Shown: positions 28,236-37,233 of the stretch, piece after piece
Layout: each line of letters starts with the position of its first letter
How positions within the stretch are numbered: the stretch's first letter is position 1
Assembly (NCBI GenBank): GCA_021151765.1
Contig: JAGKWR010000009.1
Coordinates: 8,525-72,524, forward strand
Length of the DNA stretch: 64,000 nucleotides
Direction of reading: 5' to 3'
Source of the DNA: Alphaproteobacteria bacterium
Lineage (GTDB): Bacteria > Pseudomonadota > Alphaproteobacteria > Rickettsiales > UBA1997
Notes under the pieces: generated by a model
What the model was told of the DNA's origin: nothing
Database searches by the model: none
Seen by the model: the letters and a program-made list of their open reading frames with translations, nothing else
Made by a program: the position numbers and the translations under genes

Positions 28236-28880
28236 ATGAAAAACTCTCTTCGTATTTTAGCGGTATTAGGTACTGCAACTGCCCTTTCTTCTTGCGCTGT
28301 AATTGATAGATTCACATACAAACCAAATGAAATTACTTCTTTGGAAAGAGGTTCAAAAATGGAAATTAAAAATTTCTTTAACGGTGACATCGAAGTTTTT
28401 GCAATTACTCAAGATAATTATGGCAAAATTATCGGTACTTTTACAGGTAAAATGAATGGCAAGTGGGACGATAACAAAGGTGTAGTTCAACAAAATTTTT
28501 CTTATGATAATGGCAAAAAAGATAGCAGAACTTGGTTAATCACTGCTGATTCTGATGGAACTTTTAGTGCTGTTGGACATGACGTTACTGCTCCGGTGAA
28601 AGGTAGACAAACTGGTAATGCAATGCAAATGGTCTATTCACTCTCAGTTAAAACTGATAGCGGTAGAAAAGTTGTTGATCATGAAGATAATTTTTACTTA
28701 GTCGATGATCGTTCTGCAATTGGTACGATCTTTTTGAGACAAGATGGAGTTTCTGCTGGTAAATCAATTGTCTCATATAGAAAGATTGGCAAGTCAGATA
28801 AATCTGAAAAGTCAGAAAAAATAGAAAAAATAGAAAAGTCAGAGAAATCTTCCGAAAAATCTGCCGATAAAACTGAATAA
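28236..28880 (+). CDS. DUF3833-like lipoprotein with C-terminal (K-S/I-E)n repeat tail
   Basis: Lipobox ALSS|C. Lipocalin-like core (FFNGDIEVFAITQD...GKWDDNKG...RTWLIT). Tail is KSDKSEKSEKIEKIEKSEKSSEKSADKTE. Confidence 0.55.
   Translation: MKNSLRILAVLGTATALSSCAVIDRFTYKPNEITSLERGSKMEIKNFFNGDIEVFAITQDNYGKIIGTFTGKMNGKWDDNKGVVQQNFSYDNGKKDSRTWLITADSDGTFSAVGHDVTAPVKGRQTGNAMQMVYSLSVKTDSGRKVVDHEDNFYLVDDRSAIGTIFLRQDGVSAGKSIVSYRKIGKSDKSEKSEKIEKIEKSEKSSEKSADKTE
28788..28868 (+). repeat. short imperfect tandem repeat encoding (K-S/I-E)n
   Basis: Iterated gataaatctgaaaagtcagaaaaaatagaaaaaatagaaaagtcagagaaatct units at the 3' end of the lipoprotein gene. Confidence 0.5.
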
Positions 28881-28882
28881 AC

Positions 28883-29857
28883 ATGCACAGCAAGCACATT
28901 ATTTTCGCTCACTCCTTTGATCATAACGGTTTATCTAAAAAGTTAGACAACAACCTAGTTGCCAAAGAGTTAGAAAATGATGGCTTGTGTTGGGTTCATC
29001 TCGATGCTTCGAGTAAACAAACAAGAAATTGGTTAGAAAAAGAGGTTATCTATCTTGATCATTTGATCGTTGATGCATTACTAGCTGAAGAGGCGCGCCC
29101 CAGAATTGTTGAATTTGATAAGGGAATTTTAATTATTTTGCGTGCTGTCAATTTTAATAAAGGTTCAAACCCAGAAGATATGGTATCAATTCGTATTTGG
29201 ATTGATAGCTGCCGTATTATAACCATTCAGCGTCGTAATGTTAAGTCAGCCTTTACTATTTCTGAAAATATTAATTCCGGTAAGTTAATTAAAAATTCAG
29301 GCGAACTTCTGTACAATTTGCTTTATGAAACCTTGTCTGATATCTCAACTTTCATTTATGGAGTTAGTGAGTCTTTGGATTCCTTAGAGCAAAAAGTCAC
29401 TAGCACTCATGATATGATTTTTCGTGAACAAGTTATTAAAGCTAGAAGTCAATCAGCAGTATTAAAACGTCATTTAATTCCTCAAAGAGAAGTAATCCGT
29501 AAACTTCAAACTGTCGAACATTCTTTCATCAATGAATGGGCGCGCCGACATTTCCAAGAAAATTACGAAAATATTGCCGGAATGATCGAAGAAGCTGAAG
29601 AGGCTAAAGATAGATCACAAATTCTTCACGATGAACTTTCCAACGCTTTAAGCGAAAAGTTAAACCGTAGTATGTATAAGTTATCTATCATAACATCGAT
29701 TTTCATGCCTCTAACTTTTGTCACAGGAATTTTTGGTATGAATATTGGCGGTGTTCCTGGAATTGGTAATTCAGAAGCTTTCAATTTTTGTATGTTTGGG
29801 ATGTTGCTTATATTTTTGCTACAAATGCTATTTTTTAAACGCGGTAAGTGGTTCTAG
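28883..29857 (+). CDS. zntB: CorA-superfamily zinc transporter ZntB-like
   Basis: Cytoplasmic N-domain plus two C-terminal TM helices with the GMN motif (GIFGMNIGGVPG). Confidence 0.75.
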   Translation: MHSKHIIFAHSFDHNGLSKKLDNNLVAKELENDGLCWVHLDASSKQTRNWLEKEVIYLDHLIVDALLAEEARPRIVEFDKGILIILRAVNFNKGSNPEDMVSIRIWIDSCRIITIQRRNVKSAFTISENINSGKLIKNSGELLYNLLYETLSDISTFIYGVSESLDSLEQKVTSTHDMIFREQVIKARSQSAVLKRHLIPQREVIRKLQTVEHSFINEWARRHFQENYENIAGMIEEAEEAKDRSQILHDELSNALSEKLNRSMYKLSIITSIFMPLTFVTGIFGMNIGGVPGIGNSEAFNFCMFGMLLIFLLQMLFFKRGKWF

Positions 29858-29859
29858 CA

Positions 29860-30324
29860 ATGCGTAAAATATTGTTCGTTTGTACAGGAAATATTTGCCG
29901 TTCACCAACAGCTCACGCTGTTGCCCTTAATAAAGTTAAATTGGCTGGATTGGAAAATGATTTTTTATTTGATTCAGCCGGCACAGAAAGTTTTCATCAA
30001 GGCGAGAAGCCAGATCCAAGAACAATGGAAGTTGGAGAAGAAAGAGGAATCTCATTCGCAGGGATTTATTCTCGTAAAATTATAGCTCAAGATTTTGCAA
30101 ATTTTGATTTGATAATGTGTATGGATCGTAGTCATCAAAAGAGACTATTGCAAATTTCAGATCCGAAATATCACTCAAAAATTCATCTTTTTCTAAAATT
30201 TTGTAATGCAAATAATCCATGGCAAGATGAAGTCATAGATCCTTACTACAAAGGTAATCAAGCATTTGAGATGGTCTATGATGTTATTGAAAATGCCATC
30301 GAAAATCTAATTCAAATGAAGTAG
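29860..30324 (+). CDS. low-molecular-weight protein-tyrosine phosphatase
   Basis: CTGNICRS P-loop at the N-terminus and a DPYY general-acid region. Start chosen at ATG 29860. Confidence 0.85.
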   Translation: MRKILFVCTGNICRSPTAHAVALNKVKLAGLENDFLFDSAGTESFHQGEKPDPRTMEVGEERGISFAGIYSRKIIAQDFANFDLIMCMDRSHQKRLLQISDPKYHSKIHLFLKFCNANNPWQDEVIDPYYKGNQAFEMVYDVIENAIENLIQMK

Positions 30325-30343
30325 AATTTGGCAATATAAACCA

Positions 30344-32842
30344 ATGCAAAACACCAAAATTACCCAAATTTTTCTTGTTATACTATTTTTATTCCTAGGC
30401 TCATGTGGTGGCGGCGGTGGCGGAGGAGGTGGAAATAGTTCTCCTACCACATCTAATACAACTAATAATTCTGAAAGTTGGATTAGTTCAGTTTCAACTT
30501 CTGAAGTGAATTCTTATCGTACTACAGAATACAATGTTCAATGGGGTTTAGAAGAAATCAATGCTGCGGAAGCCTATGCTTTACTGGAAGCTAACTCAAA
30601 AACTATTGCTGGAAGCGGTGTTACCATATCTATTATTGATAGTGGCGTACAAAGCACTCATGTTGAAATCGCTAATAACTATGATTCATCAGGAAGTTAT
30701 GATTATGTAAATAGTGATTCTGATCCATCTGATGATAATGGTCATGGAACTCATGTAGCAAGTATCGCTGCTGGTGCTAAAGATGGATCAGGAATGCATG
30801 GTGTTGCTTATGAATCTACAATCATTTCACAAAAAGTCCTAAATGCTTCGGGTTCTGGAAATACAACTAATGTTGCAAATGGGATCACTAATTCGGTGAG
30901 ACAAGGAGCTGATATTATTAATATGAGTTTGGGAAGTTCATCTGCTAGTACTACAATTTATAATGCTTTGCTTAATGCTAAAAATAGTGGAGCTTTGGTT
31001 ATTGCTGCAACTGGTAATGATGGAAATTCTCAGCCAGATTATCCTGCTTATTATGCTTCGAATTCTGCTTTGGCTGGTTATGTTCTAGCAGTTGGTGCTA
31101 TTGGTTATGATGGAACTTTAGCCAGCTACAGCAATTATTGTGGTGATGCCAAAAGCTACTGTTTAGTTGCACCGGGTGGCTCAAATGACGGTAATTCAGC
31201 TCATGGTATTTATGCTGCTTTGCCGATTGGTTCGACAATTGATCTTAATTCTGCATACGGTTGCAATAGTTCTGGTTATTGTTCATTAAGTGGAACTTCT
31301 ATGGCAACTCCGACTGTTGCAGGTGCAGCTGCGGTGATTAAAGGTGCTTGGTCATTTTTAAGCGCGCCGCAAATTTCTAGTATTTTATTAACCTCGGCAA
31401 ATCGCAGCTTCAGTGGGTATGATGAAAATAAATACGGACAAGGAATTTTAGATTTATACGCAGCTGTTCAGGCACAAGGTCAAAATACTTTGGGCTATGG
31501 GTCGTCGGTAGTTTCAAACGCTGGTTATGATGTGCGTGATTCTGCAATAACTAGTGACGCAATTTTTGGCGATGCTTTTTCGACCAGAGTCGCACCACAA
31601 CTATCAGAGGCAATATTTTATGATGATTATGGTCGTGATTACCAAGCTAATTTAGGAAATAAAATTACCGCACGTTCTAATAACATAGCCGCCAGTTTCA
31701 ATGCGATCGCTTTTAATAATTATAAAAACCAAATTATACCGTTAAATTTTGGCAATAAAAGTGCGACGCAGCTTAACTTGCAGATACGTTCTTATTCAAA
31801 TCAAGCAGCTTTAAATCAATTAGGTTTGAAATATGCGACTATTGATCATAGCCAAGAAGATAAGACTTTGTCAGCTAGCAGTGGTTTTTCTTTTTCACAA
31901 AATTTTGACCAAACTTTTATTAGTAACTCAAATATTTTGTCAGATTTTAAGTTTGGTTTCTCATTTAACCGTGATGAAGTCAGCAAAATGATGAACAGTA
32001 AGTTCAACAATTTAGGATTTATCTCCGTAAATAATTGGGCGTCTAATCCTTTTCAGTCATTTGTGATGAATTCTTATAATGCCGCTAATGTTTATTCGCC
32101 GATTCAGCGTAATTATAATCAAATATTTTTGGCGACTAAATTTTTCGATGAAAAATTTGCCATCAACTTTTCGCAACAAAATGCTTATGATAGCACATCA
32201 ATATTTGCTGTGAAGTCTGTGCAGAATAGCTTAAATGATTTTAATTTTTCGTACGTTCCAAATTCATCATCTCATTTCTCAGTTTCTTTCGGTAACTTAA
32301 ACGAATTTCAAAATAATATTTTAAACTCGAAAGCTGTTGGTGCTTTTTCTGCGGCTGGTAACTCTAAAACTTCTTATTGGAAATTATCTTTAAGCCAAAA
32401 GTTGTTTGCTGATTTATCGATGATTACCAGTTATGCAGAAGGAAAAACAACGGTGCAGGGTAATAATTTGGGAATATTTCGTGATTATAGCGACATTCTT
32501 AGCCGAAGTACGTCAATTGGTTTGGTTGATGAAAATTTCTTAAGTGGTAAATTTGGTTTGATTTATTCTCAGCCAATGCGTGTTTATAGAGGCAGTGCAG
32601 TAATAAACATTCCAGTTGCTCGTGATGAAAATGGCAATATTTCACGTTATTCGACTACTGTTTCTTTAAAACCAAAAGGTCGAGAGCAAGATATAGAAAT
32701 TTTTTATGCTAAAAATTTGCAGTTTATAAACTTCATAGAGTCGGCTCTAAAGTTTAATTTTATTGTGCAACTGCAACCATCGAATATCAAAAATGCAGAT
32801 AATGCTTACCTAGGAATGGTTAATTGGAACGGTAAATTTTAG
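30344..32842 (+). CDS. lipidated subtilisin-family (S8) serine protease autotransporter
   Basis: Lipobox FLGS|C followed by nine Gly. Catalytic contexts IIDSGV, GHGTHVASIAAG, SGTSMATP. About 400-aa C-terminal beta-rich domain ending in an aromatic residue (...WNGKF). Confidence 0.8.
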   Translation: MQNTKITQIFLVILFLFLGSCGGGGGGGGGNSSPTTSNTTNNSESWISSVSTSEVNSYRTTEYNVQWGLEEINAAEAYALLEANSKTIAGSGVTISIIDSGVQSTHVEIANNYDSSGSYDYVNSDSDPSDDNGHGTHVASIAAGAKDGSGMHGVAYESTIISQKVLNASGSGNTTNVANGITNSVRQGADIINMSLGSSSASTTIYNALLNAKNSGALVIAATGNDGNSQPDYPAYYASNSALAGYVLAVGAIGYDGTLASYSNYCGDAKSYCLVAPGGSNDGNSAHGIYAALPIGSTIDLNSAYGCNSSGYCSLSGTSMATPTVAGAAAVIKGAWSFLSAPQISSILLTSANRSFSGYDENKYGQGILDLYAAVQAQGQNTLGYGSSVVSNAGYDVRDSAITSDAIFGDAFSTRVAPQLSEAIFYDDYGRDYQANLGNKITARSNNIAASFNAIAFNNYKNQIIPLNFGNKSATQLNLQIRSYSNQAALNQLGLKYATIDHSQEDKTLSASSGFSFSQNFDQTFISNSNILSDFKFGFSFNRDEVSKMMNSKFNNLGFISVNNWASNPFQSFVMNSYNAANVYSPIQRNYNQIFLATKFFDEKFAINFSQQNAYDSTSIFAVKSVQNSLNDFNFSYVPNSSSHFSVSFGNLNEFQNNILNSKAVGAFSAAGNSKTSYWKLSLSQKLFADLSMITSYAEGKTTVQGNNLGIFRDYSDILSRSTSIGLVDENFLSGKFGLIYSQPMRVYRGSAVINIPVARDENGNISRYSTTVSLKPKGREQDIEIFYAKNLQFINFIESALKFNFIVQLQPSNIKNADNAYLGMVNWNGKF

Positions 32843-33128
32843 CTTTAGGATCAATATTGTTTAGCAATGCACGTTTGACAATTGCGTGGCATAGCAAATT
32901 TACGATCACTAAATTTACAAAAATAAGGGCAATAATTTTGGCAAAGGAAACCCAAGAAAATTTATCCAACCCAATTGCCAGCAGTATTAATGGAATAAAA
33001 TAGCAATTTGCGATCATCACAATATGCGACATGGTAAAGAGATCGCGTGCTTTCTTGAAAGCTAGGCTGGAAATTATCAATAAGACACTTCCAATGCAGC
33101 CAATTACTAAAGCAAAATAATGTAACAT
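32820..33128 (-). CDS. MrpG/MnhG-like small membrane protein (cation:proton antiporter subunit G-like)
   Basis: Three hydrophobic helices. FKKARDLFTMSHI resembles the RFPDxYxRxHA region of MnhG, and the size matches. Recognised by eye only. Confidence 0.45.
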   Translation of the reverse strand: MLHYFALVIGCIGSVLLIISSLAFKKARDLFTMSHIVMIANCYFIPLILLAIGLDKFSWVSFAKIIALIFVNLVIVNLLCHAIVKRALLNNIDPKAKIYRSN

Positions 33129-33388
33129 CAGATTTTCTTTTTGTTATAAAGTAAAAACAGAACAGTGACTAATTTTAGTAAAAAAAGAATGATAGCGATG
33201 TCGAGTATTTCATCAAAATTTGCTACTGAATTAGCTAAAATCAAGATGATGATATTAGTTAAAATAAAGTAGAAGCTTATGATTTTTTCGTAAGCATTTG
33301 AAGCCTGTAAGAATTTAAATCCGATAAAAGAGACGGCGATCACAATTAAAAACGATACTATCTCTGTGACTAAAATTACTTCCTGCAT
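33128..33388 (-). CDS. MrpF/MnhF-like small membrane protein (antiporter subunit F-like)
   Basis: 86 aa with three helices. The layout (...NAYEKIISFYF...ILDIAIILFLLKLV...) resembles MnhF. 1-nt overlaps with both neighbouring genes. Confidence 0.45.
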   Translation of the reverse strand: MQEVILVTEIVSFLIVIAVSFIGFKFLQASNAYEKIISFYFILTNIIILILANSVANFDEILDIAIILFLLKLVTVLFLLYNKKKI

Positions 33389-35823
33389 TAGTAAATTCCA
33401 CTTGGAGAGCTTTCTGATTCTTTATCGCCAAAACCTTCATCTTCTTTGGAATCAGAAGATGAATCAGAATTGTCTAGCGAATCATCAATTTTGAATGCTT
33501 CAAAAAATACACGATCTTTTGGAGTAGAAGATGAAGGGAATTTTCCAGTCGCACGATCAACTTTAACAAACTTAACGGAACTAGGAACGCGGAAAGGTGT
33601 TGAAGGAGTATCTTTCAGTGCTTGTTTCATGAAATCGATGAAAACTGGCAAAGCGACAGAAGAACCGGTTTCATTGGAACCCAAGCTTTTTGGTGTATCA
33701 AAACCAACGTAAACTCCCGCAACTAAATCTGGTGAAAACCCAACAAACCATGAATCGTAAGAACTATTAGTTGTACCAGTTTTACCAGCAATAATTTTGC
33801 CAATCGCTTTAGCACGAGCTGCGGTTCCTCTTTCAACAACACCTTGTAGCATAGAAGTAATTTGGTAAGCAGTTGCAGAGTCAGTAACTTGTTCTTTCGA
33901 GTCATCAAGGAATGGAATTGTTACCGAATTAATGTCTTTTTCGATATTGCCGTTGGCGTCAGAAATCATGCAATATTCACATTTTCTTTTGTCGCGACGA
34001 TAAATGGTTACGCCGTTACGATCTTGAATTTTTTCAATCATTGATGGAGTAACTTTCTTGCCACCATTTGCCATCATTGAGTAAGCAGTAACCAAACGTA
34101 CCAAGCTGGTTTCGGTTGAACCTAAAACAAGAGAGTAAATTTTTTGAGGATCATCGTTAACACCAAATCGTTTAACAACATCGACCACTTTGTCTAAACC
34201 AATTTGGTCAGCCATGCGAACTGTTGTAACGTTGCGTGATTGCTCTAATCCAGTACGTAAGGTGTTAGGTCCATAAAATTCACCGGAATAGTTAGTTGGG
34301 CGATATGGCGGTAATCCAAAACCTTGGTTTAGGGTTATTTCTTCATCCATAATCACAGTTGCTGGAGTCATGCCATTTTCGAGTGCGGCAATGTAGCCAA
34401 AAGGTTTCATTGTAGAACCAGGTTGACGCATTGCTTGAGTTGCGCGGTTAAATTGATTAGCTGCGTCAACATAACCACCAGTCATTGCTAAAACACGACC
34501 GGTGTGAGGATCCATAGCTAAAAAGGCACCGTTAACTTCCGGAATTTGGCGTAATAAATAACCATCACCTTTGCCAGTCTTTTCAACCAAAATAACATCG
34601 CCGATTGTCAGAACATCATCAACTTTTTTGATAACAGGGCCCAAAGAGTCGATACTTAAATGTTTGCGGGCCCATTTCATTGTTGAAATGTTAATGGTTC
34701 CGAGTTCGCCATTTTCAACGCCAATAGTTGCATTGTCTTTTGCAACCGAGATAACCACAGCGCGTCGCCAAGAATCTTTGTAGATTTTTTTGACATTGAA
34801 TTTTTGTAGCTCTTCTTGCCATTTGCCTGTGGAATCTATTTTACCAAGAGCTCCACGGTAGCCATGTTTCTGGTCGTAATCTTCGATACCAGCTTCAAAT
34901 GCTTTGACAGCAATTCTTTGTAAATTGGTGTCCAAAGTTGTGCGAACTACGATACCATTTTCAAAAACGTCGTCTGATCCGTAAAGTTCTGTAAGTTCTT
35001 TTTTGACGCTATCAGAGAAAAATTCAGCTTTTACAAAAGATTCAGAATCAGGCTGTTTAATAACGATTGGTTTTTCAATAGCAGCTTCTCCTTCAGCTTG
35101 TGTAATAAAGCCTTCTTCGATCATTCTTCCAATGACCCAATCACGGCGCGCTTTAGCTTTTTCAATATTTTTGCGTGGATCAAGTTTCGACGGAGCCTTT
35201 GGTAAAGTTGCAAGTAAAGCATCTTCTTCGATCGAAAGCTCTTCAATTGACTTATTGAAATAAACTTGCGCTGCTGCTGCAACGCCATAAGCGCCTGATC
35301 CGAGATAAATTTGGTTTAGATAAAGCTCGAGAATTTGTTCTTTAGTAAAAGTTTGGCTAATACGAAAAGCCAGGATCGCTTCTTTGACTTTTCTTTGCAG
35401 AGTTCTTTCACGTGATAAAAGTAGGTTCTTTACAACTTGTTGAGTGATAGTTGAAGCACCGCCGACTGATTCATCACCACGTAAAAGTGACAAACCATTT
35501 TTAATTGAAGTACGAAAAATAGCGAAAGGGTCAATACCAGAGTGTTTATAAAAATTAGAATCTTCTGCCGCCAAAAAAGCATTAATCAAATGTTTTGGAA
35601 TAATGTCGATTGGGGCGAAAACGCGTTTTTCTTTGGAATATTCACTAAGAAGAGAACCGTCAGCAGCGTAAAGACGAGTTGTGATTGGAGGAGTATAGTT
35701 TTTCAGCTGTTCGTAATCAGGAAGATTTTCGCTATATTTTTTGAAGATATAAAATCCGAAAGCACTGCAAATTAGCATCAAAAGCAAAAAGGCGGCACCA
35801 AGTGTTCTGTAAGTATTATTCAT
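33388..35823 (-). CDS. mrcA: penicillin-binding protein 1A (bifunctional transglycosylase/transpeptidase)
   Basis: GT51 motifs EDSNFYKHSGID and RKVKE. Transpeptidase motifs STMKP and KTGTT. Start at ATG 35823, overlapping the amiC stop by 8 nt. Confidence 0.9.
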   Translation of the reverse strand: MNNTYRTLGAAFLLLMLICSAFGFYIFKKYSENLPDYEQLKNYTPPITTRLYAADGSLLSEYSKEKRVFAPIDIIPKHLINAFLAAEDSNFYKHSGIDPFAIFRTSIKNGLSLLRGDESVGGASTITQQVVKNLLLSRERTLQRKVKEAILAFRISQTFTKEQILELYLNQIYLGSGAYGVAAAAQVYFNKSIEELSIEEDALLATLPKAPSKLDPRKNIEKAKARRDWVIGRMIEEGFITQAEGEAAIEKPIVIKQPDSESFVKAEFFSDSVKKELTELYGSDDVFENGIVVRTTLDTNLQRIAVKAFEAGIEDYDQKHGYRGALGKIDSTGKWQEELQKFNVKKIYKDSWRRAVVISVAKDNATIGVENGELGTINISTMKWARKHLSIDSLGPVIKKVDDVLTIGDVILVEKTGKGDGYLLRQIPEVNGAFLAMDPHTGRVLAMTGGYVDAANQFNRATQAMRQPGSTMKPFGYIAALENGMTPATVIMDEEITLNQGFGLPPYRPTNYSGEFYGPNTLRTGLEQSRNVTTVRMADQIGLDKVVDVVKRFGVNDDPQKIYSLVLGSTETSLVRLVTAYSMMANGGKKVTPSMIEKIQDRNGVTIYRRDKRKCEYCMISDANGNIEKDINSVTIPFLDDSKEQVTDSATAYQITSMLQGVVERGTAARAKAIGKIIAGKTGTTNSSYDSWFVGFSPDLVAGVYVGFDTPKSLGSNETGSSVALPVFIDFMKQALKDTPSTPFRVPSSVKFVKVDRATGKFPSSSTPKDRVFFEAFKIDDSLDNSDSSSDSKEDEGFGDKESESSPSGIY

Positions 35824-37030
35824 TTTTATTTTTCTTCGAAGCTTTTTTATTTTTATGGAAAAATTCGTTAACAGCATCAGTCAAGCTGGCAACCATTTTC
35901 CTTTTGTAAATTAGATTGTTAAGTTGTTTTTCTTCTTCGCGATTCGATAAGTAACCAATTTCTATTAAAACAGAAGTGATGTCTGGAGCTGTTAAAACAG
36001 CAAATCCGGCAAAGCGATGACTATTTTGCAAAACTTTAATTTCAGCTTCATCGACTTTTTTAATTACAATATTAGCAAAACTGGAAGAACGATTCATCGA
36101 GTCGCGTTGCGATAAATCGATCAAAGTTTTCATGATATCAGGGCTGGCTCCAGAAAAATTAACGCCATTTATAATGTCGGCGCGATTTTCTTTTTGAGCC
36201 AATAATTCAGCTTGTTTGTCGGATGATTTTTCAGACAAAGTATAAATTGAGAAACCAGAAGTTTGTGAATTTTCAATTGAGTTGGCATGAAGAGAAATAA
36301 AAAGGTCAGCTTTTAGTTTCCGAGCTTTCTCGACTCTTTGACGTAGCGGAATAAAAAAATCAGAATCGCGCGTTAAATGAACTTTATAGAATTTGGTGTT
36401 ATCGAGCGATTTTTTAAGTTCTTTGGCGTAAGAAAGTGTGACGTTTTTTTCTTTAGTACGAGCGTAATCACCAATTGTTCCAGGATCTTTCCCACCGTGA
36501 CCAGCATCAATTACAATTACTGGTTGTTTGATAGTTGTGATTAGATTTTGTGAAGATTTAGAGTTTTTTGAGTTTTCGTTAGCACTGATAAGCTGATAAT
36601 GTGGTGCAGAGTTTTTAGAATTTGAGGATTCTGTTTCTGTAAGCTCAATTGATATTTTGGCGTATTCTTGGTTTTTAACTTTTTTTACAGCGCTTTTAAC
36701 AATTGATGTTTGTTGTTTTAAATCGAATACAACACGGGCTACACCTTCTTGGTTGCTGCTGCGGATAGAAGATATGAAATCTGGTGTTTCAATTTTTAAT
36801 GCTGATTTATCAATTTCAGCATTGGCTATATCAACAACTAATCGATCGGGATTATTCAGCAAAAAAGCACGATATTCGCTTTTTTTGGATATGATAATTT
36901 CAAGGCCATTTTGCGAGGTAAAGCTGATCTTTTGCACAGAAACTTTATCAGCATTTTGAGCATGAATATCGTTACTGACAAAAAGCCAACAAAAGGCAGC
37001 AGCAAAAAAAAGCCAACGCATTTTAAGCAT
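35816..37030 (-). CDS. amiC: N-acetylmuramoyl-L-alanine amidase with N-terminal AMIN domain
   Basis: Signal peptide, AMIN-like region (RLVVDIANA, ARVVFDL), and Amidase_3 motifs IVIDAGHGGKDPG and SLHANS. Confidence 0.85.
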   Translation of the reverse strand: MLKMRWLFFAAAFCWLFVSNDIHAQNADKVSVQKISFTSQNGLEIIISKKSEYRAFLLNNPDRLVVDIANAEIDKSALKIETPDFISSIRSSNQEGVARVVFDLKQQTSIVKSAVKKVKNQEYAKISIELTETESSNSKNSAPHYQLISANENSKNSKSSQNLITTIKQPVIVIDAGHGGKDPGTIGDYARTKEKNVTLSYAKELKKSLDNTKFYKVHLTRDSDFFIPLRQRVEKARKLKADLFISLHANSIENSQTSGFSIYTLSEKSSDKQAELLAQKENRADIINGVNFSGASPDIMKTLIDLSQRDSMNRSSSFANIVIKKVDEAEIKVLQNSHRFAGFAVLTAPDITSVLIEIGYLSNREEEKQLNNLIYKRKMVASLTDAVNEFFHKNKKASKKNKNE

Positions 37031-37233
37031 TGATAAAATTGTAGTTGTTGGGAGTTAGCTAGAGAAAATTTGTGAAAACAATATGAACAAGTTTTATCAG
37101 TTGCAACTTTTGTTAAACAGGCAGATTTGATATTTCAAAACATTACTATTTACTTTGTTAGGCTGTACTTCATAAAAGCACGCTATAATTGGTTTGATGA
37201 ACCTTTCTAATATAAATTTATTTATCGAAAAAA

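Noticed and set aside
28788-28868. Possible CRISPR-like or minisatellite array.
   Set aside because: The repeats are 9-nt-scale, in frame within a CDS and have no spacers. This is a coding low-complexity tail, not CRISPR.
37155-37189. TATAAT at 37184-37189 as the glmS promoter -10.
   Set aside because: The nearest -35-like hexamer (TTGTTA, 37155-37160) is 23 nt away. A-T hexamers of this kind are expected by chance in AT-rich spacer.
37031-37233. glmS ribozyme or another riboswitch in the 200-bp leader of glmS; similarly a THF or other riboswitch upstream of folE (26064-26297).
   Set aside because: No conserved core sequence or convincing nested helices are visible. The glmS ribozyme is essentially confined to Gram-positive lineages. 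The regions look like AT-rich divergent promoter spacers.
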